A stretch of DNA of 64,000 nt, taken from contig OZ287071.1 in the NCBI GenBank assembly GCA_965645245.1, positions 1,736,001 to 1,800,000 on the forward strand, read 5' to 3'. The stretch comes from Massalongia carnosa. Lineage: Eukaryota. Position numbers and translations under genes: made by a program. A model generated the notes under the pieces. It worked only from the letters and a program-made list of their open reading frames with translations. It did not search any database and was not told the DNA's origin. This document shows positions 1 through 13,537 of the stretch, piece by piece (within the stretch, counting starts at the first letter, position 1; each line of letters starts with the position of its first letter).

Positions 1-3000
1 TTCTAGACACTTTAGCTGCCTCCGAATAGCTGATCTCTAAAAACATTAATGCCGTTTTGAACATGGAGCATCGATTGGCTGCTTCGGCAGCGAGCCTATA
101 GTCGATTTCGAGCCATCGAGACCGATCGGATTTTGCAGTTTCACGAGCTAATGGTTGCTTTCTTAGATAGAGTATAGCATTAAGGAGTATCTTCACATGC
201 GGTATCGTTTCTATCTCCAAGCTTTTGAACCACTGCGAACACACCTGGGAAATTGTTTGCCTGGCCGTGAGAAGCCCATCGAGCTCCTTCTGAAGCACTA
301 GATGAAGGACATATGGAAAAGCTTGCTCTGCGAAATGTGTTATTTTTTCTAAAATTGGCGGAAGCTCTGACAAGATGGGATCATCCGGAGCTACGCGAGC
401 GAGCGCAATACATAATTCTTGTATCCACTGGGGCGCAGACTTGTTTTTTTCAAATTTAGCTTTCTCTAGCACACTTCCTTCCCCTAGAATCCTTGATACA
501 GTCGATGGGCATATGTACTGCTTCCAAATCATGGCTTTCATAAGAGAATTTGGCAAAGTCTGCTCGCATTCTGTAGCGTACTCAGTTTCATCGGCTTTGG
601 TGGCGATGGATCTTAGGATCGCCTCTGCCAGCCCAACTTGGAGAGGATTTTCTACTAATGTGATGTTGCAGAGAAGCTTTAGAATTAGGGACCTTGAGCT
701 CTGTGGTAGCGGACTAGAATGGGTGGATGTAAAAACATCGTTAAAATTCGAAGACGTCTCTAACGTTATCTCAGAATCTATGAGACCTGTGCCTGCGTAA
801 GCGCGCCCAAGTACTCGTCCTACCCAAAGAAGGTAGCTTGGCCCATAATGGCTACGTTGGCAAATCTTCCAAAGGACTGGAGCGTAGAGTGCGGCTTGCT
901 GATCCGAGCCAAGAATGTCATCTCGGAAACTTGCTGGCAACTCAAATGTGGTACAAAGCAAGCCTAGTATAAGATCCTGGGACGTTTGGCTTAGAATGTT
1001 TCTTCTCGTACGTTCATCCTCAAAGATTTCCAGCAATAACTCACTCTCATATGTTCCCCTCTTCGGGTTTCCTTTTCCTTGAATGTTGCGCGCCGCGCTC
1101 ACAAGTGCTTTAAATGATGTTTCCAACTTCCCGGAAAGTTTGGGAGAGGTATAATCATCTAGCAACGTAGCGAACCAGCGGTGGAAAGTCTGAGCTTTTG
1201 ACATAGTCGCACGGAATTGGCTTTCCTGGGTGGTGCTCTCCTGGGTAGAGCCAAGAAACGTCCTCAATGATGCCATAGTAGAGACTGCCATTCCTGCGAG
1301 GAATGACGGAACCAATTTCAAGTAATTAACGCCATGTCCCACAAGATACTGAACCATGCCTATAGCATCTTCCGCACAATGCGTGTTGGTGATGTATGGC
1401 CGCAAAGCATGGAGCGCCATTTCAATGGGATAAAACTCTAAGGCGGTTGGGCCAGCCATGGAGATTAATACCCGGATTCGTCGAAGAACCGAACACGCAT
1501 GGAGAGATCCTAGTGCAGGATGGATTGTGTTTAGTAACTCTCGAAAAACAAAAACATATAACTCTGGTGACCACATTGACTCTGCATCATAGCGTGTACG
1601 GCGACACAGGTATTCTACCTCATCAATAAGGTATTTCGCTTTGAACAATGGCTGCTGATTGACTGGGAGAGCCGTTTCTGAAGCACTATTAGAGATTATT
1701 TCGTGGTAGGACTTTAAAACTTTTGCGTATAGAGGGCGCTTCTGAAGACCTTTCTCGATGTGCTCGATCTCATCCATAGTTTTGAAGAAAGTTGCTAAGA
1801 TATCAGGGAAAAACGTGTTAACAAGCGTCGCATGTAGCTCTTTCCCAAGTGTCTTTCGTAGGCGTACCTCAGCTCCTGGACCTTGGGTATTCTGCGAAGG
1901 GGGAACTGTAACATCTCGCGCCATGCTATAAGCCGCAGCTTTCCCGAAGGAGAGCTTTAGCAACTCCTCATACGGCTTGCCCAGATCTTCAGCTAACTGT
2001 GCGGCTTCATCATCTTTTCCACGCATAACGATTTGACCCATGACCTCGTCCTGTACATCCTGTAGAAGCTCTAAAAGGGTGGAATAACCAAAGATTGTGT
2101 ATGGTATAGAACCTAGCGGCTCAGTCTCAAGCCAAGTGTAAATTATCTGTGATACAAAAAGTTTGAATAATTCCTGCAAATTCTGCAGTTGTAAAGCCTC
2201 TGATATAAGTGTCAAGCAGTATCTTGCATGTCTACCCGACTCAGGGACATGCCCAGGAGTTTCAAATATAGCGTATACACATCGACGAAGCAATGTTGGC
2301 CAAGAAGCTGCTAGATGTGCCAAAATATACAGCCGTAAAGCGATGCCCTCTTGCCAATCCATTGCGCTTGGGAGATTGCTAATAACATCTTCAAGAATAT
2401 TGTCATGTTCCTTCAAAATGAATAGCCCAAATATTTCCGAAACGTTTTGGCCCACATGGAACTTGACCCTGATATTACCCTCTTTCAACACCTCGAATAA
2501 ACTTGTTCGCGTAGACGGAAGTGAACCACTTCTACTCCTTGCATATTCAGGCCGAACCTTGATCACCTTCTGAAGCATCGAGGAAATGCTTTGGTGAACT
2601 TGAGGAGATGAGATCCCTCGAGTCAAAGCAACATTAACAAACCATTCGTACAAAGATCCGCCCAGGTCCGAAACATTATTGCTCACGGTACTCGTCCACA
2701 TTTCTGTCAAACCTGTCAATATGTCTAAGCATACCCCCATTGAGACTTCGGATCGCTCAACTTCGTAAGGCTTCAGTATCTTCTTTCCCAAATACTCAAA
2801 AAGTTGCGCTGCAGCTTGAGGATTGATGGTTGCCTTTAGATCGAGCATTTCGCGTAAGAAAGCCCTGCAAGCAAGGAATTCATGAGCCGGCAAAGAAGTT
2901 AGGTATTGCATAAATAACGTTATGCCCCCAGAATCGGTAAAATTGTCTTCCTCCACAGATTTCCTTACACCTGATAGAAAACACAGCTTCGATTTAACGC

Positions 3001-5970
3001 TATGGCGAAAAGCCATGGCGTCGGTAGCAGCGGTGATATAGTTGTGGGAAATTTCTGAAGCATTTGGCTCTGTTCTTCCAAGGCTTCCTTGAGAGTCGAA
3101 ATCATCCTCAAGGTCCATTGCATTTTCCGCATCGGCAGAATATTGACTTTCAGAATCACGAAGACTCTCCCAGAACTCCGGACCAAAACTCTCCGCCATA
3201 GAAATGACACCACTAGAAATTGGAGTTTTATCTGGGATTACCTGCTGAAGCGTTCCCATAAAAGGCTCAAGTGATTCAAACACACCATAAATCAGATCAC
3301 GTGTTTGTGGATGACGGAGAATACAACGAAAGATCTGTCCTTTCAATTTGTCGAGGACGATTTGAAGATCTTTACTTTTCCGTGTTTCTTGAACAACTCC
3401 GTGACCTAGTATCGCATACCCAATGAGGCTCAATGACGAGGCAGCGAAAACAAGATCTCTCCCGATTCTTGACCCGCTTTCAGCTAAATCACCGAAATCA
3501 TCACGCAAAATGGCACCGGACTCAGCTAAAAGGAGATCAAGAACAACTCCCCTAAGAGTTTGAAGCTGAAATTTTGAAAGACTAATTTCCCAGGCTCGGA
3601 GAATTACGCTTGGCTTCTTTAACACTGATGGACCTGGGACAGCATCTTTCAATAACAAATACTCTATTAGCCCTTTCTCGTCGAGGCATCGAAGGTGTGC
3701 CTGAGAGAGTAAGCCAAGATCCAAAGCCGACCGAAGGCAGGGGGGAGGATGTTGAATTCCAAGGCAGACTGAAATAAGGCGAAAGATATGGTGGGTAGGA
3801 CGATTCTGAGGATGGAGTATACCATGATCCCGACCAAATAGCTTTGCTACTCTATAAATGAGCCCAATCTTGATCATATCATAAATGAGCTACTCACACG
3901 GGCTCCATCGGTTGCACAACCACCGAAGAATATGCTCGGAAGTCTCAAAGACATTGCCAAGGCTTTCCCGGCCTCTGAGAAGAAGAATAACTGACCATAA
4001 TGTGCTGGCAGAATCCACACAATCAACCGGTCCATTGAGATCAACCGATGAGATCATATTATCCACTACGTCTGAGATTTCGCTGTATAGAACGAGTCCA
4101 AGGTTCAAGAGGACTGCCATTAGTTGGCAGGCAGCTCTGCAGGTTATAGCGGCTGTTATATGTCTCGCTGCTAGCCGCCAAGTCTGAAGCCAGAAACGTT
4201 CGAATTGAGATGACCGTGAAGCGTCTTGTCCGGCAGCGCTGCAAAGACATTAATCAGTATCATCCCCCCCCTTTCCCCCTTAGTAGGCTGAAGAGCTAAT
4301 ACCTTGTCAACGCAAGCATTCCCCACGACACGATATTTGCCTGATCATCTGACAGACATAGTTGCATCACTTCCAGATATCGTTGTAGGCTGTCAACGTC
4401 AACTACCATCCTATCGAAGACAAAGCCCAATACCTGTAAAGCAAACAGTTTCTCCTGTGTCTCTGGCGATTTTGTGAGCTCAAAAATCTCATCCAGAGGC
4501 TTGATCAACTTTTGACGCTTCGGCGAATTTTCATCCTCATCGCATTCAAGAGATTGTCCACGTGTACGGGTGTCATCGCTTAGAACAATAGCAATTGAAG
4601 CACTTATGTACAACAAAGTCCATGGCTGTTCTGCCCTTAAAGCTGCCGCACGTACTCGAAAGACTTTTATACTTAGGGGCGCCTCGCTACCGAAAGGATG
4701 ATCTGGAAGCTCAAGGTCCTCAAGCTGCAGCTGTTCACGTTCCGGCCGTTTACAGTATTCCAGACGAAATGTCTCGAGAAGGCGTTGTAAATCTGCTTTG
4801 CAGTTACCTGTCCTGTCGGAAGATATCAAACGATCAAAGAAAACTTCCCCGAGCAACAGAGATATCAACATGTGATCTTTTACAGTGCTAGACTTTGGTT
4901 CCCAGAAGCGCCGGATATGTGGTAAAAGTTTTTGTACAGTTTTTAGCGTCAGATTAACATCATCAGTCATGACATGAGTGACAATAGCATTGATGGACTC
5001 AAAAATAACTTGCTGTACAGGCCCTGGGCTCGATGATGATGCAAGCAAATCAAAAAAATTAGAAAGCATTTCTTGCGCTCTATCATATACTGGTGCATTT
5101 GATGCTGCAATTAGATGTCTCATGCAAAGAACAAGGTCTTTCGTACTGCTCTTCAGTACCGACTGGACAGCGCGCCGGGATATGCGACTACCAACCTCAA
5201 GGTTACTTTCTCTAGTATCAATTGGGGTCACTGATCGGTTAAAGCTCTCCCAAGGGTTGTTTTTCTCCGAGTCGCTCAGAGAATTCTTTGGGGGGTTTCC
5301 GCTTGAGGCAGAATTTAAGTTATATAAGGTTTCGTTACAAAAGTCCACAGCTTCAAACCAGTCCTCTCTAAGCAGATGTTCCGGATGAGGCGGGTATTCC
5401 AGTAATGTCCTAAGCGCCTTGAAGTAGTCGGCAACCAGGGGCTCACAATAGCCATGATTCGAAATAGGCAACGTCTGACGTATGTGGTCGACAATAGCTT
5501 TCATTGTCTTAGAACGGAACTTCCTTACACCTAGCTCCACGGCGATCCGCACAACACTCGCGCATGCTGATAACCGCGAAGTAGCCTGACTCTTTACACT
5601 CGGTTTAGATGTCCTAGCATATGTAGAGCACTCAATTGTAGCAACCCGAAACAAAGCCTCCAAAATTTTGTGATACGATTTATCGGATAGAATCTCTCTA
5701 AAGGCAACTCATGAGCTTATTCCTTTCTATCGGTTTGTGAAGGGTGTGTACATTTTGGGGCTGCGACGATTTTGGGAAAGGACGTGCTTTAGGTCTTGAC
5801 TTGATTCAGCTCCGCGCAACACGGTTCTTAGACCTAATATACCTGCAATGCCTTCACCACGATCCTTCACCCTCTCAGACTGTATCCTGCCTAATAATTC
5901 TCAGAAGTTATACGTCAGAGATCAGCATTGGTCACGTACCAAGAGCATCATTTAGATTCACTTCACCCAT
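1..5970 (-). CDS. TEL1: Serine/threonine kinase Tel1/ATM, N-terminal and HEAT-repeat part (3' end outside window)
   Basis: Spliced start MGEVNLNDAL-GRIQSERVKDRGEGIA-DLKHVLSQ...IEILSDKSYHKILEALFR matches the Tel1/ATM N-terminal (TAN) region. Three short 5' introns, the 4296-5663 ORF, an intron near 4300-4240, then a long reading frame apparently open to position 1. Kinase domain not in window. Confidence 0.9.
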
Positions 5971-6246
5971 TTTGAGATTTGAGCATCGGCCTCATGGGAA
6001 AACATTGAGGTGAAAACCACCATCCCAGGTGTCACCACTCATCGGTTCCTCAGCTATTCACTGTGAAAACCCGTGAGCTGAATGGTATAATAGGTATCCA
6101 GTTGGAAAGATTTCATCCGAAAGAGGCATATCAACACCTACTCGTGTTGCGCTTGCGGCGCGCTTAACGTTACGGGCCGAATCGCTTCAGTCGCGTTAGA
6201 TTTTCAAGATCCAGGCCTGCTAACTTTCAAATCCAAATACTATCTA
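5971..6246. promoter_or_regulatory. Short bidirectional promoter shared by TEL1 and NUP192
   Basis: Start codons are head-to-head and only 276 bp apart. CGCG-containing MCB-like words: GGCGCGC 6157-6163 and TCGCGT 6191-6196. Confidence 0.55.
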
Positions 6247-9200
6247 ATGACAGATCGCAACAGTTTGGAAGGCCTTCGTGGCTTGCACCAAGACTTGATT
6301 GCTTTGGAGGACTCGCAGCTACGTAATATTGAGAGGTTATGGGCTGAGTTAGAAGCCCGGATCGATGAGTTCAGGAAGCTTCTGGACAAGCCTCCTAAGA
6401 AGGAGAACAGCCGGAATACAGTCCTTTCGGGTATGGTTGTTGCAAAAAGCCGCTGGACGATCTTCATTTCCTAAGATTGCTAATTGACTCTCCTTCAGGT
6501 AAATTTCAACTTGACGAGGAGGAGTACTCTATCAATTCTGAATTCATTGAAAATACTCTACAGCTTTCCGACACCCTGGGTTTAGATGAGATAGAATCCG
6601 CTCGGTTTATCCTAGATGCACAACAAGATGTTGAAGTGCTTGACAGGTCGAATTTTGTTTCTGCGGTAATTCGATTTCATGAGCGAAGGCAATTCTTGTT
6701 GGAATGTTTACGTCTTGTGTTAAAATGCTGCATCGACCTAGAAACCGAAGAAGGTACACGAGAAGTCCTGCACCAGGTTGTGGCTCTGATACTGGAGACA
6801 AAGGACGGACCTGCCCGCAACGGTTCCTTTTATGTTCAAAAATGCCTAAGCGCGATGGCAGAAGCAGAAAAATGGCTCCAGGCTCTTGGAGAGCGGTATC
6901 AAGGCACTCTGACACTCGGTCAGTCATCAATGCCTGAGTATGATGAGGTTATGGGGTTTCAGCAGATTAGTCTTGGACAACAACACGAGTCAATAGGGGC
7001 TGTGCTTGCGTACTTAGTCAAGGCAAGCTACACCGGAGTTGAGGATTTCTATAAACTTCTAGACCATTTGCCGAAGCTTGATAGATGGAATAGCCTTGCT
7101 GTGCATTATGTACCGCTTATTATAGCATTCACGGCACAGTTCGGCTCTCCTGATGGAAACGGTAGTCTTCGTGAGGCAAGATTACTCAATAGTGCAATAA
7201 TGGACAGGGGGAATTCTGCGCCTTGGGCATTACGAAACCTTCAGGCTGCAACAATTTCTTGGTGGCTTGCTGAGTATAGCGGATGGTATATTGATCAACC
7301 CCTTTCCAGCCCTCTTCGTGGGGTCGATCTTGAAGCCGAAGCTTCAGGCAGATCAGAAGCTTTCCTTCGAGCCCTCCAGGATGGAGCTTTCCAGTGCACC
7401 CTGTCTATATGCTCTCAAACCCGACCTGATGATTGGGCTGACCAGATGAGGAGTGGGCTGACGCAGCATCTTCTACGAGAGACCCCAGGCCTTGTTAATG
7501 GCGCAACCGGGATATCAAATTATTTCCAGGATCTAGTCATGGAGCAAGTAGAAATATTTACAGATGCTTTCATCGGCAACATGCCTGATACCCTACGGAG
7601 ATTCAGATCCAAAGAAGATGATCAACGAAAAAGAATTAACTCTAGGCTTCAATCAGATGCTCATAAAGGCGTACTGGAGCAAGACTTCCACCTAGAAAGA
7701 TTTCTACTTATCATTGCTTACGCATTCGAAAATCGCATTGAAGCTGCGCAATCTTTTTGGGGTGATACCGATAGCAACCTGTATGGGTTTCTGCAGTGGG
7801 CCTCTAAGAGGCAATCGACGCCACGAGTGGGTGCTTTCTCTGAAATGCTTCGTTCCATCTCAAAAGGTGAAGAATGTGCTACTGCTGCTCATAAATTCTT
7901 ACTCGAGGAAAGCAACACCTCCTCCGCCAGAATACGACGATCAAGTTCAATAAGCTGGGCTCAGATCATTGCGGAGCTGAATCTTTACACCTCAAAAATC
8001 GGGGATCATTCAGCTAACGTTCGGCCCACGAATCAGTATATCTCGAGGCCAAGTCCAGACGACATCGATGAGCCAGAGAGTGCGCTAATGCTGGAATGTT
8101 ACCTTCGACTAATCTCACATATATGTTACCAGAGTGCAGTGGCACGGTCTTGGCTCTTGTCACATCCAACTTTCCGCATATTAGATGCTTTGTTCCTGCT
8201 CTGCAGCAGTACAGTTCCATCTCGTCTACACGCTTGTGCGTTTAATACTGGACGAGCATTGTTGGCTGGCAAGTCAACAGCAAATGGCACGCTCATTTGG
8301 ACAGTGCTTGATCAATGGGCTTCGGGAGGGCTTGCACTATCTCTAAATGTGCCAAGAGTTTCTAAAATCACCAATGTCTCCGTGTCGGCAGAGGCCCTTA
8401 CGTTTGAGGGTATTGCAAATGATGTCGAGGAATCAAGCGAATTCGTTGGTTTGTTACAGAGCCTCATTTCTCCTGCAATTGACGAGTCTGGTCTTAATGA
8501 CTCGTTGCCTTTTCCAGAACATCTTGGCTCCGCATACCGTATGCCAGGGATAGATCCATACATAGATTTTGTGATGGGCAAAATTTTCGCTGTTCAAGCG
8601 CATCAGTACGAGAGCTTTTCCCAGCACAAGATCTTGAGGCTAAACATTCTAAACTTCATCGCAGCTTGCTTGGAAAGTTTTAATGAAGATCTAGTGATTT
8701 TAGCTAACAGATCAAACGTGCCTGTGGATGAGGCAATGAATGCTTCCTCCTTGTCGGCGTATGTCCGGTTACATCCTTTTAGCCGCGTGATGGAGTGGAT
8801 GTTCAACGAACGTGTGCTAATTGCACTTTTTGCTGCTGCGCATCAGGACATAGAGGAGGTATCTTCTGCTTCCTCGGATGGACCTCTGGTTTTAGGCCTC
8901 TTACGCAGTCTCGACGTCATGAGTCTGATAATGGATCTACAATCTACTTATTTAGACATAGTCCGACCGTTGATCAAGCTCGAGTCCAGCGAACGTAGCC
9001 AGTCAGTGCATAATCCATCTTTGGCATCTTTTGAAGATAGTGTGGCCACCCACCTCGATCTCGTTGTTGATTTAGGGTTATACTGCGGGGCTGGTATGCA
9101 GCTACTTACAGTTTCGTCTCTCAGGCTTTTGGAAAAGCTTGCAAGCTCACGAAAACTCAACTATCAACCGGTCCCTGGATTAAATAAACGACTAAATGGC

Positions 9201-11512
9201 AATCGTCTTATTGGGGTTCTTGAGCAGCAAAATGATCTCGAGCGTATTGAAAGGTCTTTGACTTTAGCCATGCAGTTTGATTTTCGAGAGCTCAGCCAAG
9301 GTACAAGTGCTCCTGGCTGGACGATCAAGTCTGTGATACTGGATTTTCTGATCCACTGCCTTGCTGTCTCGCCTGACAAGCCATCCTTGGCGCATGCTCT
9401 TCTTGGCTTTAATTGCAACGGTTTGGATGTAGATATAGGAAGCGACAGTCTATTTGCGCGAGGAAATTCCCTCTTTCATGCGATACTACGTTTAGTTATC
9501 GAATATCCAAATGGCACGGAAGGAATGATGCAGTCATGGTCGCTGAGTGTTAAACAAAAGGGGTTACAAATCTTATCCACCCTATGGGCTTCGCCCCTTA
9601 CGTCTATTTTCACTCTCTGTGAACTGCAGACAAGGGACTTTCTTTTCGCACTTTTTTTAAATCAAGCCCCTGTGGAAGCCACCACGATCTGGGATGGCCG
9701 CTTAATTAAGGACCCGGATTTTTGGTTTATTGATGCTGCGTTGGCATTCGAACAGTACCTTAGACAACGTTGCTATATATGCGAGTACACAAGCGCACAA
9801 TTAAGGCTTCTCGAAATTCAGGGCATACCCTCACTTAAGGCACGCATCCTTTCCACCCTGCTTGGGTCAACATCCATGCCAGATGGGCAAAAACTGGCCA
9901 ACCTGACCATTTTTGATCTTCTTGACTTCGCCGAGTTAGACTTCTTTGGTTTCCCTGCAGCCCCTGACTCCATATATTTTGCAGAGTTGGATTTTGCAAT
10001 AACCACAGAACCGGATTCCGAGACTGGCGGCGGTGAATACAACTTGAAGATAGTAGAAGAAATGATGGCATTGCACATTAACAAACTGCGAAAAAATAAC
10101 GGCCTGGACGATCAGACTAAGGGACAAAGAGCTCTAGATGAGGCTCAAAGTATTCTGCTCTATCTCCACGGCGCAAACAACCATCGCAGCCTGTACTTGG
10201 CAAGATCTCAAACCTTGAAAGCCTGGGTTGATCTGCTGACGCTTGTCATTCAACACTGCGATCTTAATGATGATGGCATATCAACCTTAGTATTGCAGGC
10301 ATTTCAATTCCTAGGGCCCAAACTTGAGAAGTATGTTGTAGAGAGCACAACTGAAGCCATCAACCTAGCGAACCTAATATACTTTCTCTTGCTTCGGTTC
10401 GATTTCAAATCGTCAATATCGAATGGAGCCCGAGTAGGTGACGTTGCAAGCGACAGGTTGTTTCAGGTATTTCGTACTGCTTTACGAGCGATACACATGC
10501 CCGAAGGGGAAGCGCTACTCCGGGAGATCTTGTACAATATTTGTTATCGGTACCTGACCGGCACAGCTAAGGTTTCGAGCACCCCTGTCCGCCGTCGGCA
10601 CAGCACGCAGGTGGTCAAGGCAGCTGGCGAGAAGCTGATAGATATTATCTGTGACGATGCTCATGGAGGGTCTGGGACTTGCAGAATCTCTGCTCTTTTG
10701 CTGCTTGACTCACTAGTAGCGTTGGCAAAGGAAGAAAAGTCAAACTACATGGTTGATTCATTGGTGCGGACGAATTTCATCGTGGTACTCGTCGAAACGA
10801 TCCAAGATATTCCTCAGGAGCTTCGAGAGACTGATTCCAACGGTAAATACCTCTCCGACGCTAATCTTCTTACCTCTGCTAACCGACCTGGCGGCATAGA
10901 AATCCCACTCCTCCTTTCTTACTATGAAAGTAAATTCTTACTACTTCTCAGCGTTGCTCAAAGCAGGGCAGGCGCGGTCAGTCTCATGAATTCGGGACTG
11001 TTCTCAGCCGTACGCGCCTCTGGCTTGTTCTCGCTTGATCCCGATGTTGGTGTTGGTAGGTTTCCCCACCTAAGTCCTTGACGCCGATCGAAGCTAAGCT
11101 CATCAATACCAGAAACTGGCAATCCGGATGCCTTAACCAAGTACTACAAATTAGTACTGTCCATCACCCGTGTCATTACCGCCGTGGTTCTTAGCCGCGG
11201 GTCCCAAAACGAGCAAACTATCGAGCAGGCCAAGTCATTCCTCATCGAGAACAGAGCCTCGGTGGTAGCTATCTTCAAGCGGCAAGCGAAGATTGGCGCG
11301 AGTCTATCGAGCGATGCGAGCGAGCTCATCGATGAGTTGGTGGAACTGTTTGTAGTGCTTTTTACGATGACTAGGTTTTTGGAGGTAAGTTTTCGACTTG
11401 TTTTCACGTACACATAATGCTTTTTAAGTTGCTCGTTGCTGATTGAAGTGGGGTTATGTAGTACGAAGAGGATCGAGATGGCCGGAAATTTCGAAAGTCG
11501 GGGTTTACTTAG
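6247..11512 (+). CDS. NUP192: Inner-ring nucleoporin Nup192/Nup205
   Basis: N-terminus LEGLRGLHQDL...IERLWAELE...FRKLLDKP and LGLDEIESARF...RFHERRQFLLECLRL; internal FPEHLGSAYRMPGIDPYIDFV; 1534-aa core ORF. GT-AG introns near 6431, 10843, 11056 and 11386; last exon YEEDRDGRKFRKSGFT* ends at 11512. Confidence 0.9.
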
Positions 11513-11652
11513 CGACCACCCTTACAAATTCCGACAGCCTGAAAGGAGAGATCTCGTGGCGCCATCACCTGGCTCTTCTTATCACCACTTCATCTTCTTA
11601 CTTACTTGTACCATCGTCCCATACATCCTCTGCCCCTTTACCCCTACCTCCC

Positions 11653-11712
11653 TACCTCTCTCCTTACCTCTCTCCTTACCTCTCTCCTTACCTCTCTCCT
11701 TACCTATCTCCC
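11653..11712 (+). repeat. 12-bp minisatellite (TACCTCTCTCCT) x~5
   Basis: Four perfect units plus one variant unit read directly. Confidence 0.9.
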
Positions 11713-13537
11713 TTCTCAACCCCTATAACAAAATGAGAAGTACACCAGATATCACAAGAATGATATAGATAAGGTTATGACTGAGTCGATGGGTCTGGGC
11801 TGGGAGCGAGTGTGCGCGGTAAGAGAGTTCCAAAACGAACAGCTCGCAATGGTTAAACTTTTGAGAGTATTTATGTCTTGATGGATTCTGGGTGCTTATT
11901 TAAACTCAACCCAAATGAAACAAAGTACTTGTCCTCCCCCAAAACTGAAGACATGAGGCATTTCCCATACACTCATCGCCCTCGGGCCCCCCTTCCCCCC
12001 TTCCTGTAACTCCGATATCTTTCTTTTTGCCTCTTTCCTTTACTTCACTGCCCCCTTAATCGATTGATCCTTTCATAACTGATCAAAGCATGGCATTTTA
12101 AACATGACTAATTTTGCTAATGAATGAAGACACATACTCGTGTCAGGAAACGGCGTTGCCTCCGCTGGAGGTGAATTGCTGGTTTTTACACCGGTCCTGT
12201 CTGCAACTTCATACTGGTGTTTGCAGCCCCTGTGACGGTAGGTACATTCTACAAGAAAGCGCCTGGAGACCCTATAGGTGGAGCTACTGCCTGAAGTTTT
12301 GTCATTGAGGTTTAATCCCCGCTTCCCCAGAAATAGAAATTAGAAATTAGCTAATCAGTTGTACTATTACTAGCTTCGCAGTTTAAATATTCGAAAACCT
12401 CCTCCAAGTGGAAACTAGAAGAGTTTCTTGTAGGTGTTTATTTTCTTTCGAACTACGCATCAACACATAGTTCAGTTATCTTCATTGCAAGTACCTGGTC
12501 CGTGGCAAGACACATACTCTCGACGCACTCCTCCACTTACAAATACTCTCTGCCTGGAAGCACAGGGTATGGCGATGCAACTTGAGTTAACGTCCAACAG
12601 GTTCCGCCTCTTAGTGAGTATATTCAAGCTCCCTGTTTCCGCCCATGTAGCATCATCAGATATATTCGAACCCGTGAGCTTATTACAAGGAGGAGAGACA
12701 ACGGCTGTATCGGCGAAGTTGAGGTCGCTCAAAGCCACCACAGCGCTTGGGACAGCCAAAGGTTCTCACTCTGAATATCAAACATACTCAAGTCCCATGA
12801 AGCATCTGGCGTGTCACCAACAGTGTTTTCTAAAGTGTAGGGAAGGATGCAGGTCATAAGATATGAACAATTTAAATACATCACGAGACCTTCCAGCTAT
12901 AGCTTTATTTAAAAAAGGAAGGGGGCATTGGCTCCATATGTAGACGAATGTCCAGTGGGACAGAATGCTTTAGCTAACCTTCCTCGGGGCGTTTCAGACC
13001 CTCTGCGAGCGCTTAGAGCCTCGGTGCGATCAACATAATCAACCTTCATGTTGAATAAAGCCAGTTTCACACGTGAACATGATGGATCCGCTAGGAAGGT
13101 CAGGCGTTTCGAAGCCTCTTCGACGCTCAGTTGTAAGAACAGAGAATACCCCTGAAGTTTACATTGATTTCGTGTCGTCGCTGCCTACTTAGCACGTAAT
13201 TCGAGCTTTGTTCCATATATTGAACACTCACACATGAAAGTGGTGTTGATACAACATATACGAAGTAGGTAGAGAGAATATTCATACTGATTAACGTCCA
13301 TGCAGCCAATCAATCCTCCTACCCCTTAACTATCGTTATCTCCGATTATCACCGATCATCGTGTCATTCCCCATTGAGCTCATCGATTAATCCACACGGT
13401 AACTCGGCTTCCATTCGGTTTGATAGGTAGGTAGGTAATTCGTTAGTAAAGAGTTTCTCGCCTGCTAGATGATCGTCTCAGCATTCTACATTCTCAGGAC
13501 TGTAAACAGCTTCAGCTAATATCTACCATAAAGCTAG

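Noticed and set aside
12434..12859. 141-aa plus-strand ORF and 95-aa minus-strand ORF
   Set aside because: Non-ATG starts, no recognisable motif and no convincing spliced gene model.
12960..13130. Possible structured RNA (ACCTTCCT/AGGAAGGT inverted pair)
   Set aside because: Only 8 bp; no U14, SRP, RNase P/MRP or snRNA signature found.
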